Of a stretch of 64,000 bases of DNA, positions 43,762-55,976 are shown one piece after another. Positions within the stretch are counted from its first letter, which is position 1. Each line of letters opens with the position of its first letter. Source of the DNA: the human T2T-CHM13v2.0 reference genome, Homo sapiens; NCBI RefSeq assembly GCF_009914755.1, contig NC_060940.1; one strand, given 5' to 3'. The translations under genes and the position numbers were made by a program. Below the pieces are notes generated by a model that was given only the letters and a program-made list of their open reading frames with translations, ran no database searches and was not told the origin of the DNA.

Positions 43762-45913
43762 CTTCTTTACCCCTTTTTCCCTGAGCTCCTTCAAAAGTTA
43801 GGTGACTTGCAGCCTCTACTTCTTGGCAACCTCATTAATCCATTAAAGTTTGGCTCCTTTGTTTTCCGTTAAAGACTGCTCAGTTCCCTGTGCCCACTGG
43901 CCACTTCTTATCCTCCTTGCTGTCTCTATCAGGCAGAATTTCCACACCTTCTCCTGACCTTCTATCTGCTTGTCCAGCCTCAGTGAGAAGTTCCATGTGC
44001 CTCTCATTTGGGCAGAGGTAGCCAGAGTTGGAATGTACACATTGCTTAAAAGGATGTTTGCCTGAAAGTTCAAACTCCCAAAATGTCCTCTTCAATAGGT
44101 TTCTTTGCAGCTTTTTGAATATGCATATGAATATAACCACATTTTAAAAATCCATTCATCAGTTGATGGACATTTAGGTTCTTTCCAACTTTTGACTATT
44201 ATGAATAATGCTTCTCTGAATATTTTTTGTACAAGCTTTTGTGTGGACACTATAAATTTTATGTAAGTGTTAGCTATTATTTCTATCACTTTCTGTGTCC
44301 TTGGGAAAGTCACTTAAACCCTATACACTTTAGTGTTTTCATTTTTAAAAATGAGGTTCCTGAGGATAATACTAGAATCTACCTCCTATGACAGTTGTGA
44401 CCATTAAATACATTCAGAGCTGATGTTAAAACGCTCAGAACAGTGCTTGGCATATAGTAGACACCTAATAAACATTAAGAGTTATTATGAAGGATCCATT
44501 ACATTTCAGGCATTTGTTGAATGCTCTCAGGTATATGACCCCAATAACCTATGTAATGTTGCTATTCTCATTTTTCAGTTATAAAAACCAAGGTCAGAAG
44601 GGTTCAGTGACTGGCCTGTAAGCTAGAACTTGAACTTGAACTTTAGTTTCATGTTCTGACTCACCAAGCCACCTCCTTCCCTGGTGACTCAGTGTAAACA
44701 TATGTTACCACCACATCAAACACTAAGTCAAAGGGTCTCAGATGCTCTTCCCAGTGGTACCTTATTGACCATTTTTTGCTTTCTACTAGCTCCACTGTTA
44801 GATGCTTGTTCCAGCCCAACTCCCATTCTTGTGTGGAAATAAAGTCAACATAACCCATGTCTTCTAAATACACTCCCACGGGTGGGAAGTTCCAGGAGTG
44901 GGATGGGGAGAAACATTACTTCTTTAAGTTCTTCTCTAAGAAATGCAATCTAGAGTCAACCATGTCCTTCCCTCCGGTGTCCTTCCCTCCTACATCTTCC
45001 ATCCCTAAAGAAAGGAACATGAAAGGGAAAGAGTAAAAGACATCATGTAGGAATACAGGTAAGAATCTTCTAGGATGCCAGGCAAGCAGAATGAAGACAG
45101 ACTGCCCGGGTTTTAATCCGGTCTCTACCAATGACAACTGCGTGACCTTGGGAACAGTTCTGAACCTCTGAGTTGCAGCCTCCTCATTATAAGATAAGGA
45201 TAATAGTAATTGCTTCTTCTGGGGTCCATGGAGAGATGAGATGAAATAACACATGTTTAAGCATCAGTCTTGTGCTTGGCATGCAGTGAATGGTCCAGTA
45301 GCATTAGCGACCCAAAAACCATCCCACCATGAGGATCTGGGGCAGCAGCTGACAGTCTGTATGCTTGCAGCTTCTTAATCTGCCAGCTGCTGGTATCACC
45401 ACCTCTGACTGTGACACCGAATTACCCTTCATCCTCTGCCCCGTCACTTACTAGCTCCTGAGGAGATGACCCCAACAGGTAACTCCTTCCAGATTTGACC
45501 ATGTCTACTACAGGAGACTTTTCCCCATTGTAATAACATGTTGATTATCCCTCCCACATAAATAGCATAGCTCTTTAACCCAAATCCCAGCAAGGCAGTT
45601 GGATAAATATTTAACCAAGTATCAGAGGCATGGGAGGCAACTCTGATGGTACAAAGAGCAGTTGGAAAATCTTTCTCTTTGAGGCCTAAAGTCGCCAGTT
45701 TTGCTCTTCAGAAATGTTCGCATAAACACTTGTGTGCAATTGCATGCTATGCTCAAAAACAAGCCCTGCTAAAATGACCCAGGCCTCAGAGATTTTGTGT
45801 CATTGTGGCTTAAATCTTGCTCTTCGGTTACTAGCTGGGTGACCTGGGTCAGGTCACCTTACTTGTCATATCTCTATCTTCAAATGAGGGTCATGTAGCA
45901 CCTGAGTCCAGGG

Positions 45914-46120
45914 CAATATTTCTCAACCTTGGCACTACTGGCATTTTGGTGGGGAGAATTCTTTCTGTAAGGGCACTGTCCTGTGCATTACGGGGTGTTT
46001 AACAGCATATGTGTCCTTGACCCACTAGATAATAGTAGCACCCACCCCTAATTGTGACACGTCTTCAGATATTTCCCATGATCTTTGGGGTGCAAAATCA
46101 CCCCCAGTTGAAAACCTCTG
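45914..46120 (-). mobile_element. MER20 copy 5
   Basis: tttctcaaccttggcactactggcattttgg...gcaaaatcacccccagttgaaaacctctg. Confidence 0.87.
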
Positions 46121-46464
46121 ATCTTGGCTGCAGATTTAAATGAACCATGGGTTTTGAGTGCTTAGCACAGTTACTGGTATATAGGAAATATCCAAGTAAA
46201 AGGGACCTCTCAACGGAGAGAGAGTAATCACAGTTGCCTGCCACATCAAACTGTTCTTTTTATTATTATTTTTTTTTATTTTTTTACCTAGAATTAGAGG
46301 AAGTGGAAAACAATTCTAATTGTACAAAGGACAGTTGGAAAATTGTTCTGTTTGAGGCCCAAAACCTTTCTCGGGCCAGTTTTCCTCCAGAAATCGCAGA
46401 GTAAACACCTGTGTATAATTGCATGCTATGCTTGAATAAGAAGAGTTGAAGATAAACCCCTCTA

Positions 46465-46735
46465 AAACAGGTCTCCCTCTGTTGCCCAGGTTGGAGTGCA
46501 GTGGCACGATAGTAGCTCTCTATAACCTTGAACTCTTGGGCTCAAGCCATCCTCCCACTTCAGTCTCCTGAGTAGCTGGGAATACAGGCACATGCCATCA
46601 CATCTGCTAATTTATTTTTGCCATGGGGTCTCACTTTGTTGCCTAGGACGGTCTTGAACTCCTGGCCTCAAACAATCCTCTTGTCTTGGCCTCCCAATGT
46701 ATTGGGATCATAGGCATGAGCTACTGAGGCCGTCC
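46465..46735 (-). mobile_element. AluJ (tail absent)
   Basis: Diverged Alu consensus. Confidence 0.85.
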
Positions 46736-47577
46736 CAAGCTATTTAAAATACTTCAGAATTACTTTATACCAAAGCAAGCAATCTTAGAGATTCTTACAA
46801 GTCTACAAATTAAAAGATCTAGAAGAGTTCACAGTTTCAGCCTTGAGTTCTGTCTCAGTCCAGACTGTGGGATCATTCTTGGACTTTTCCTTGCTGAGCC
46901 AGCTGCCTTAAAAGAATCATTTGGCAAGTCATTCAGCCAGTCTCTCAGCTGCTCAGTGGCAAGATGGGAAGCCTAGGCTGAGATTTTCTTCCCTGACACT
47001 CTTTAGGGAGATTGTGGGACAAGGGGGAAAGTGGGTAGAGCAAGACTGAGTGAACCTCCTCATGCTGGGTTGTGTGAGAGATTTACATGCCTATAGTCAA
47101 TTCATTCTAACATCCACAGAATGCAGATATTAATTAATTTTCTAGATCAAGCACTCTGTAACCCAAGTTTGTGTAACTGGTAAGTGATAAAGTCAGGATA
47201 TGAACCAGGATCTGTTTTACTCCAAGTACTATGTGCTTTCTACTTTTCCAGGCTGTTAAGCAAGAACATGTCAGACAAGGAGGGGCATAAAAAAAAAAAC
47301 CCTAACTCTGGTCTGTTTAAATGGTAATCAGGAAGTGTTGGCAATTTAGGGCTGTCTCTTACTCCATTGCTTCTCAACACTGACATATGTGGGTATCACT
47401 TGGAGATCTTGCTAAAAGGCAGAATCTGACTGGGTTGGTCTGGGTGGAGCCTAAGATTCTTCATGTCTATAACTAGTTCCTGAGTGATGTTGGCGGTACG
47501 AACCCCCGGACCACATTTTCAAGCTTGAGATGCATCAGAATCACCGGAGGGCTTCTAAATACACAATTGCTAGAAAT

Positions 47578-48070
47578 CAAAACCTCAATAAGATAACATA
47601 CCCCCTAAAATGGCCGTAATGAAAAACCACCATAATATAATATACACCCTAAGATGGCTATAATAAAAAAAAACACACAGAAAAAACACATGTTGGTGAG
47701 AATGTGGAGAAATTGGAACCCTCTTATACTACTGGTAGAAATATAAAATGGTTCAGCAGATGTGGAAAACATTTGGCAGTTCCCCAGTAAGTTAAACTTA
47801 GAATTACTGTGTGACCTAGCAATTCTACTCCTGGGTGTATATGTAAGAGATAGAAAAGAGGTGTTCAAACAAAAACTCACTCATACATAGATGGGCATAG
47901 CAACATTATTCACAATAGCCAAAGGTAGAAACAACTTAAGAATACATAAAAGGATCACTGGCTAAATAAAATGTGGCATATCCATATAAAGGAATATTTT
48001 TCAGCTTTACAAAGAGTGAAGTACTGATACACGCTACAACATGAATGAACCTTGAAAACATGATGCTAAG
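47578..48070 (+). mobile_element. L1MB-type fragment
   Basis: gagaatgtggagaaattggaaccctc...gaatgaaccttgaaaacat. Confidence 0.75.
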
Positions 48071-48442
48071 TACACATACGGTGGGGAGAGAGAGGGTCTT
48101 CACAATTCTTTTGTAAGCTTCAGAATGGTAACTTCAAGTCCCTTATTTTTAGCCTACTGTCAACAATATATCACAATGTAAAGGAAATAAAATGACCACC
48201 AGAATAATCAACAAAGTGAATGCTGAATTTATTCCCCTGCCAGGTAAGGGAACACAGCCCAGGGAACAAATTGACTGAATAGTTCACAGAGGCATTCGGG
48301 GGAATATGACTTAGAAGAGGGGATGATTTTTCGTGCCTATGCTAAGTAAGGATAGAAAGGGTGCAGTCTACGTCTAGGAAGAGTGGAAAGAGTCCATAGT
48401 TCTGTACATTATTGATTAAGGCAGGTCTTGTTGTTGACTACG

Positions 48443-48838
48443 TATGTCAGTCTGCTCAGACTGTCACAATAAAATATCACAAATCGTGTGGCCTAAACAA
48501 CACAAATTTATTTTCTCACAGTTATGCAGTTTAGAAGTCCCAGATCAGCATGCCAGCATGGTTGGTTTTCTGGTGAGGGCTCTCTTCCTGGTTTACAGAC
48601 AACTACCTTCTTGCTGTGTCCTCACATAGCCCTTCCTTGGTGCATGTTCAAGGAGAGAGTGTGAGGTGTCTGGTGTTTCTTCTTATAAGGACACTAATTC
48701 TGTTGGATCAAGGGCCTCATCTTTCTGATCTCATTTAACTTTACTTTTTTAGAGTCCTCATTTCCAAATACAGCTATCTTGAGGATTAGGGCTTTGAGAT
48801 AGGAATTTTTGGGAAACACAAACATTAAGTCCATAACA
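48443..48838 (-). mobile_element. MLT1A-type MaLR LTR
   Basis: Consensus-like ends (...cattaagtccataaca). Confidence 0.78.
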
Positions 48839-49183
48839 AGGTGTGTTCTCTTAAGTTACCTAATGTTAGGTTATTCAAAGTGTCTGAGTAATGCAAGAGG
48901 AATAAGTTACATAGATCTGCTATACAACATTGTGCCAATAGTTAACAAAGCTGTATAGCACACTTAAAAAATATGTTAAAAAAGTAGAATTCACATTAAG
49001 TGTTTTTACCTTGAGAAAATTAAAAGTTAAATTAAAAAATTAGAGGCTGTAACTGGACAGACAATGAAGGGTTACATAACGTCAAAAAGCCTTAAGACAC
49101 AGCGGCTCTTAATCAGCAACTTTGGACACCTATATTTATCTCATCTTACGTCATCTTAAACATTAACGGCAAGATTGGATGGA

Positions 49184-49265
49184 TGAGGTTGAACCATACA
49201 ATACTGCCATTTCATAGGTAAGACATGGTCTAATATTGGCAGTTCTTGCAGGGTTCAAATTAATG
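49184..49265. mobile_element. MADE2-like mariner MITE (short hairpin)
   Basis: aggttgaaccata...gggttcaaattaat inverted termini. Confidence 0.6.
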
Positions 49266-49365
49266 CAAAAGACAAATGAGTCTTAAATGTTTGATTCAAA
49301 GCATGCTTTTTGTTTAGATTGTCAATGTGGTATATGATCTACTGTCAACAAACTTCATATGTCAT

Positions 49366-49739
49366 GTCTTAGTCTGTTTTGTGTTGCTATAACAGAATAC
49401 TGCAGACTGGGTAATTTATAATGAACAGAAATTGATTGGCTCTTGGTTCTAGAGGCTGGAAAGTCCAAGATCAAAGGGGTGGCATCTTGTGAGGGTCTTC
49501 TTGCTGTGTTGTTCCACAGCAGAAGGTGGAAGGGCAAGAGAGAGGGAGAAAGAGAAAGAGAGCGAAAGGGGGCCAAAATCCCCTTTTTATGACGACCCCA
49601 CTCTCAAGATAATGGCATTAATCCATTCACCCCATCCTCAACGCCTAATCACCTCTTGGTGCACCCCACCTCCTAACACTGTTGCATTGGGGATTAAGTT
49701 TCAACATACGCTTTTGGAGGGACACATTCAAACCACAGC
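49366..49739 (-). mobile_element. MSTB-type MaLR LTR
   Basis: tgtcttagtctgttttgtgttgctataacagaatac...cattcaaaccacagc. Confidence 0.82.
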
Positions 49740-51244
49740 GCTTACCCATAAGGCAGTGCATTATCACAAAAGCTCATGTGCACAAATATGTGACAAAACT
49801 CTAATGTTCAAGGTTTAATATTCAAAAGATTACTTGAATAAGTATTAAGTGCAGATTCTGATTCAGTGGGTCCAGGGTGGCTCTTAGTAATCCACATAGT
49901 AAACAACGGCTGCTGGAGATTCTGAAGCAGGTGCACTTATTACTCTAAGAAACCGTGAACATATGGAGCCTTTTGGGCTATTGAGATATTATTTTGAAAA
50001 GCCTGAGTAGCACTAATGGTAGAAAGCCCTTATATGGAGCTACTTTGTGCCAGGCACTATTCTAATATATTATTAATTTAACTTTCGCAACGATCCTATG
50101 ATGCATGGACCATCATTATTAATTTACAGATAAAAAGGCAGAGACCAAATATAAAGTGACTATCCTGCTAACAGGTGGCTAATCAATGGTAGAGCTAGGA
50201 TTTGAATGCAGTCAGTGTTGGCTCCTCTGCTAACCTGTTTGTCTTCTATCTGACCAACCTTCAACATCTATAAAGGTCATGGAGAAGTGAGAACTCTGGC
50301 TAACCCCACGAACTGGGATTGCCACACAGCCCATGCTGTGATTTTGAACAAGTTGCTGTAACTTCTTTGGCCTCCCTTATTAGTAATAGAAAGGAGTTGG
50401 ATTTCAAACGCTAAGATTTCATGAAACTATAAATCACTTACATAAAAATCCGCTGGCCATCTGCGGCAAGATTAACCAGTTTAATGAGAGTCTGCTTGAT
50501 GCCAGACATCGTGTTAAAATTATATCAGTTAAGCCTTGGGACCTTTTGTGTTTAAGTGACAGGGCCAAACCCCAAGTTAGCTTACACCAAAAATGGAAGA
50601 GGAATTTACTAGCTCTTCAATTGTCTGAGAGACAATAAATTACTAGCTCACCAATTGTCTGAGAGAAAGAATAAATAAGCTCACTGGTGTCTCTTCTTAA
50701 AAGGGCACTAATCCCTCTCATCATGAAGGCTCCACCCTCAGGACTTAATTACCTTCCAAAGGCCCCATCTCCAAATACCATCACACTAGGGGTTAGGGCT
50801 TCAAAATACGAATTTTGATGGGGGTGGGCACAATGTTCATAGCACCCCCACCCTTCAGGTAACCACTGATCTGTTTTACTAGAGATTAATTTGCATTTGT
50901 TGAACTTTACATGAAGGGAATTATACCAAAGAGTACATACCCTTTTGTGTTTGGCTCTCTCACTGCCCATAATTGTTTTGAGACATCCATATTGTTACAT
51001 GTATCAAGTTCATTCCCTTTTATGGCTGAGTTGTGTTCCATCATATGGCTGGACTACAGTTTGCTTATCCATTCACCCAGTGGATGCTTCTTTCACTTGG
51101 GAAATCTTTGCCAAGCCTGGGAGCCCTGTTGTTATGGGTCTAGTCTTCGTGTGAGACTTCATGAGGCACTGTGAGCCCTACTGTCTTTGCTCCTTCATAA
51201 CATCAGTGTCTTCCTGCTGAAGACCACCAGGAATGCACCTCAAT

Positions 51245-51625
51245 TCATATTCTGGGGCTGCTGTCACAAATCACCACAAACGGAGTGGCTTAAAACATCA
51301 GAAATTTTTTCTTTCGTAGTTCTGGAGGCCAGATGTCTAAACCAAGTGTTAGCAGGGCTGTGCTCCTTCTCGAGGCTCTGGGAAAGAATCTGTCCTTGCC
51401 TCTTTCAGCTATTGGTGGCCCTAGGTGTGCCTTGGCTTGGGCAACATAACCCAAATCTCTGCTTCCATCTTCATGTGGCCTTCTCCCTTGTGCCTTCTCT
51501 TTTTCTGTCTCTGATAAGGACACCCATCATTAATTAGATTTAGGGCCCATCCTAATCCAGGATGGCCTTTCCTAGAGATCCTTGCCTCAGTGACATCTTC
51601 AGAGACTCTTATTCCAAGTGGATCA
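51245..51625 (-). mobile_element. MLT1-type MaLR LTR
   Basis: ggctgctgtcacaaatcaccacaaac...ggccctaggtgtgccttggctt. Confidence 0.72.
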
Positions 51626-52012
51626 CTCCCTTTCTTGGCTTCCTTTGATCTTGCCTTCCATTACTTCCTTATAGCTGGTCCAGTGACAAACTCAGTTTAA
51701 GGCTCAATCTCACCAGCTTCTAAGCTAAATATGATTTAGGTGGGATACAGAGCATCTGCTCTAGCCCTAGAATAAGTCCTTTCTCACATCCTCTTAAAGA
51801 GATGCCCCACCATTTCCCAGGATGTATGTTATTCCTCGTTGCAACAAGTATTGAGCACAATCTGTTCGATTACAGGTGCTGTAGTGGGTTGAATAGTGGA
51901 CCTTCCTCCCCACAAAAAGATATGTTTACCAGGAACCTCAGAAGGTATGTTGGTCAGGCTAGAAGATCAGGGCCTGGTCGGTAGGTGCTCTTCATCTTAC
52001 CTAAACTACATT

Positions 52013-52013
<1 letters not shown>

Positions 52014-52045
<32 letters not shown>

Positions 52046-52326
52046 AGACGGAGTTTCACTCTTTCGAAAGGCTGGAGTGCAGTGGCGTGATCCCAGCTCA
52101 CTACAACCTCTGCCCCCTGGGGTCCAAGCGATTCTTACGTCTCAGCCTCATGAGTAGCTGGGATTATAGGCATGCGCCACCACGCCTGGCTAATTTTTGT
52201 GTTTTTAGTAGAGACGGAGCTTCACCATGTTGGCCAGGTTGGTCTCAAACTCCTGACCTCAGGTGATCTGCCCACCTTGGCTTCCCACAGTGTTGGGATT
52301 ACAGGCATAAGCCACTGCGGCCAGCC
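52014..52326 (-). mobile_element. AluS
   Basis: Full-length with T tail; TSD ctaaa(c/t)tacatt. Confidence 0.92.
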
Positions 52327-52609
52327 CTAAATTACATTTTGCTTAGGAGTTGGACAAGATTGAGCCTTCAACTTGGTTTGTCATCATACCAGCTGCAATA
52401 GGGGAGCCAAAGAAGGCAGAAGCAAATGAAGCTACACTGTGGGAATGAGCAAGAACATTGCTCACCTGGGCTCAGGGGGCCTTGCCTGCCTTTGTCTGCC
52501 CAAGTCACTGATACCAGTTCCTACATACAGTAGACACTGATTAAATATTTATTGGATGAACAAATGAACATTTCTAACTTTGCTTCTTTTTCTCCCATTA
52601 TTCCCATAG

Positions 52610-52747
52610 GAGGGGCCCCAATGGAAAGGCTGGCATCTTATGGCTCATCAAAGGCGGCTGTGACCATGTTCTCATCAGTTATGAGACTGGAGCTTTCCAA
52701 GTGGGGAATTAAAGTTGCTTCCATCCAACCTGGAGGCTTCCTAACAA
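52610..52747 (+). CDS. HSD17B2: HSD17B2 exon 4 (138 nt, phase 1-1); contains catalytic YGSSK (YxxxK, 52639-52653)
   Basis: Acceptor ttcccatag|G, donor ACAA|gtaggt; ORF 52552..52884 contains GAPMERLASYGSSKAAVTMFS...QPGGFLT. Confidence 0.98.
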
Positions 52748-52840
52748 GTAGGTTTCTGAGCCCAAGAACCTGTGATGTTCATCCTGGAAGGAACCCCGAA
52801 GGTCCTCTTGGTCTGACAGAGCACACATTGAACCCCTCAT

Positions 52841-53449
52841 TGTTGTCAAAGATGAGCACAGCCAGAGATCAGTTAAAGTGGTGAAAACAGGTTTGATTCA
52901 GTAACTGCTGACAGTAGGGGAAAGAGCTAAGCTCCATTCTGATTTGTGCGAAGGTGTTTTAAACATTTTAAAAGGAAAACCAGGGAGAGGGGAAAGCATG
53001 GCTCAGTAAGTCAGATTAGTGAAAAAGTACAAGGGTCCATCAGTGTCCATGCAGAGGGGCCAGCTGTGTCTGCCAGCTGGCAATTAAAGAAGTCCAGATT
53101 CTGTCTTCCCACAGAGACAGAGAAACAGAGGTCTGATCCTTGATGATTCAGTTCCAAAGGAATGGCTCTCAGATCCTGGAGAGAAATGCTTCTGCATTGC
53201 AAGAGCTATATATTTACAATTTAAAGTTCTTTTTTAGTAAGTATTTCAGGAAAGGGAAGTCAGGGACCTCTCAGGGATGTCTTGGATAGAACAAATAGTA
53301 AAATTTTCTGGCAAGGTTGAGCCTTCTTAGGCAGGCATTTTAGGGAGGGGCTGGTGTTATCCAAGGGACAGGGCCTTATGCTGCTAGAAACTGTGCTGGA
53401 GTTTCGTTAAGTCTCTTAGTGCAGGGGGTTGGGAAGGGGTTGTCATGCA
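52841..53449 (-). mobile_element. ERV1-type solo LTR (MER4-group-like) starting ~93 nt after exon 4
   Basis: TG..CA ends and LTR-like composition; subfamily uncertain. Confidence 0.55.
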
Positions 53450-55329
53450 TCCAGAGTTCTCCAGCTCTCAGTGTCCACCCAGCAGGGCTTGGGTTGCATG
53501 GGCCTCTTCTAAGTGCCATGCTCTCCATGTATGGCTTCACCCCTGCTTCCTTTCACAAAGGAATTGCGTTGGCTTATAAGTCATCAGCAAGCAGAGGCCA
53601 CACTGGGTTAGAACCCTGGTCCCCTGGTGCCTGCTCTGAGCGGGACCTTTCTAGGACACACACTCCCTCCCTCAATGGTAGAGTTGTATTTGGTCTGTGG
53701 GAACGCAGCTCAAAAATGGTCCCTAACTGACTCTCACCAATTTTGATTATTTTCATTGCCCCACCCAAACCTGTTTAACAATGTATAATCCATTAGTTTC
53801 ATACTAGGTTTCTTTATTTGGCTTCAGAGCTTATTTTCATCTAAAAGTTTGAGCAGATACTCAGAGTAACATTTATTAGTCTTTTGTTGCCATTGGCCAA
53901 GAAGGTTTCCTTCCCCAGCTTCTTTATATTTCAGAAACAATATTTTTCTCCTTCCCTCTGAAGAATATGACCCACCTCCCCTCCACCCCAAGAGGAGAAG
54001 GCCATTCTCTCCACTCCCCTCCCTGCATATCTGAACTCTGGGAAGAGGCAGCCTACCCCAAGGCTCAGTCTTCAGTTCTGGGCCATCAAACATTTAATCG
54101 ATGATTCAAGTGAAGATGTAAAAAGTATGTCTAATAAAAGACCACAGACTGGGAGGTATTGCTAAATGCACGAAAGAACAAACCCTAAAGGTTTGAATGT
54201 TATCCCAAATGCAAAAGATAAAATCTATACAGAAATATTGAAATTTTGGCTTGAAACACTTGATAGCTGAGAACCTCCTAAGGTTGCAGAGGGGGTGCAA
54301 GACTCAGAGAAAGGGACAGAGACCCAGAGAAAGGGATATGGGTCAACACGATGACAGGCAGGACCAGGGCGATAGAAATGCAGAGAAGATGAAGTCTTGA
54401 GATGGGTTTCCAACTTGGGGACTCCCTGGGTTGGGAGGAGAATTGAGGAGAGGAGATGGAGAAGAGACATGGGTCAGAGGTGAAGCCAAATGTGCTGGTT
54501 GGACTGAGAGACTGGGATACAAAGAGAGGGAAGCTGCTTGAGAGCTGGTACAAGAGGGAAATGGTGAATTTGATTTTGAATCTGGCAGGAGGATTGAGTG
54601 TTTGGTGACACAGCCCAAAGAGAATTCCAACACACAGATGTAAAATTCCATTTAGACGAGAGAGCAATCCTGCAGTTAGGTTATGATTTTGGAGATTCAG
54701 TATAATTGCTATGCATAATAGTTCTGGAGAGCTGTTCTCACCCACTTACCATACATTCTTTACTGATGTTGATCTTAATTTTTAAAATCGAGAAATATAT
54801 AAACAGAAAAAAGCATTATACGCACAGGGTTCAACAAATTATTATAAATCCTCTTGTACTTAACACCCAGATCAAAAAATAAAACATTACCAACACCCAG
54901 AAGCCCCTATATGATCCTCTACCATCACAGCCCTCTCCAACCTCCCAATAGGTAATCACCTCTTACTTTTTGTAATGATCATTTATTTGCTTTTCTTTGT
55001 AGAGTCACATCCAGCCCAATTAATAGCATTTGACTTTAACTGCTTTTGCACTTTCAATGGAATCAATATGTATGTATCCTTTTGTGTCTGGCTTCTTTCA
55101 CTCAATATTCTGATTAGACAATTTATCTGCACTGTGTGTAGCTGTAGTCCACTCATTTCATTGCTGTGCAGTATTCTGTGAATATGCCATGATTTTCTAC
55201 TGTTGATGGGATGTTTGAGTCCCTTCTAGTTTGAACAAGTATGAACAATGCAGCTATGAACTTTCTGGTACATGTACTTTGGTTTTTGTGTGCTTGAATT
55301 TTCCCATGACACATGCTACAGAGTGAAAT

Positions 55330-55976
55330 TGTTACCAAAAAGGGCTCCTGATCCAGATTCCAAGAGAGGGTTTTTGGATCTTGTGTGAGAAAGAATTTGG
55401 GGTGAATCTGTAGAGTAAAGTGAAAGCAAGTTTATTAAGAAAGTAAAGGAATAAAAGAATGCCTACTTCTTAGGCAGAGCAGCAGCATGGACTGCTTGAC
55501 TGAGTATACTTATAGTTACTTCTTGATTATATTCTAGACAAGGAGTGGATTATTCATGAGTTTTCTGGGAAAGTGGGAGGGATGGCCTGGAACTGTGGGT
55601 TCCTCCCCCTTTTAGACCATACAGAGCAACTTCTGGACATTGCCATGGCATTTATAAACTGTCCTGGTGCTGGTGGAAGTGTCTTTTAGCATGCTAATGC
55701 ATTATAAGTAGCATATAATGAGCAGTGAGGATGACCAGAGGTCACTGTTGTTGCCATCTTGATTTTGGTGGGTTTTGGCTGGCTGCTTTACCACATCCTG
55801 TTTTATCAGCAGAGTTACTATGACTTGTATCTTGTGATACCAATCCTGCCAACCTCTTATCTAATCCTGTGATTAAGAATGCTTAACCTCCAGGGAATGC
55901 AGCCCAGCAGGTCTCATTCTCATTTTACCCAGCCCCTATTCAAGATGGAGTTACTCTTGTTCAAATGCCTCTGAAA
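55330..55976 (-). mobile_element. MER41 (B-like) solo LTR inserted in an old L1M
   Basis: Reverse complement begins tcagaggcatttgaac..actccatcttgaataggggctgggtaaaat, the MER41 5' signature. Confidence 0.85.
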
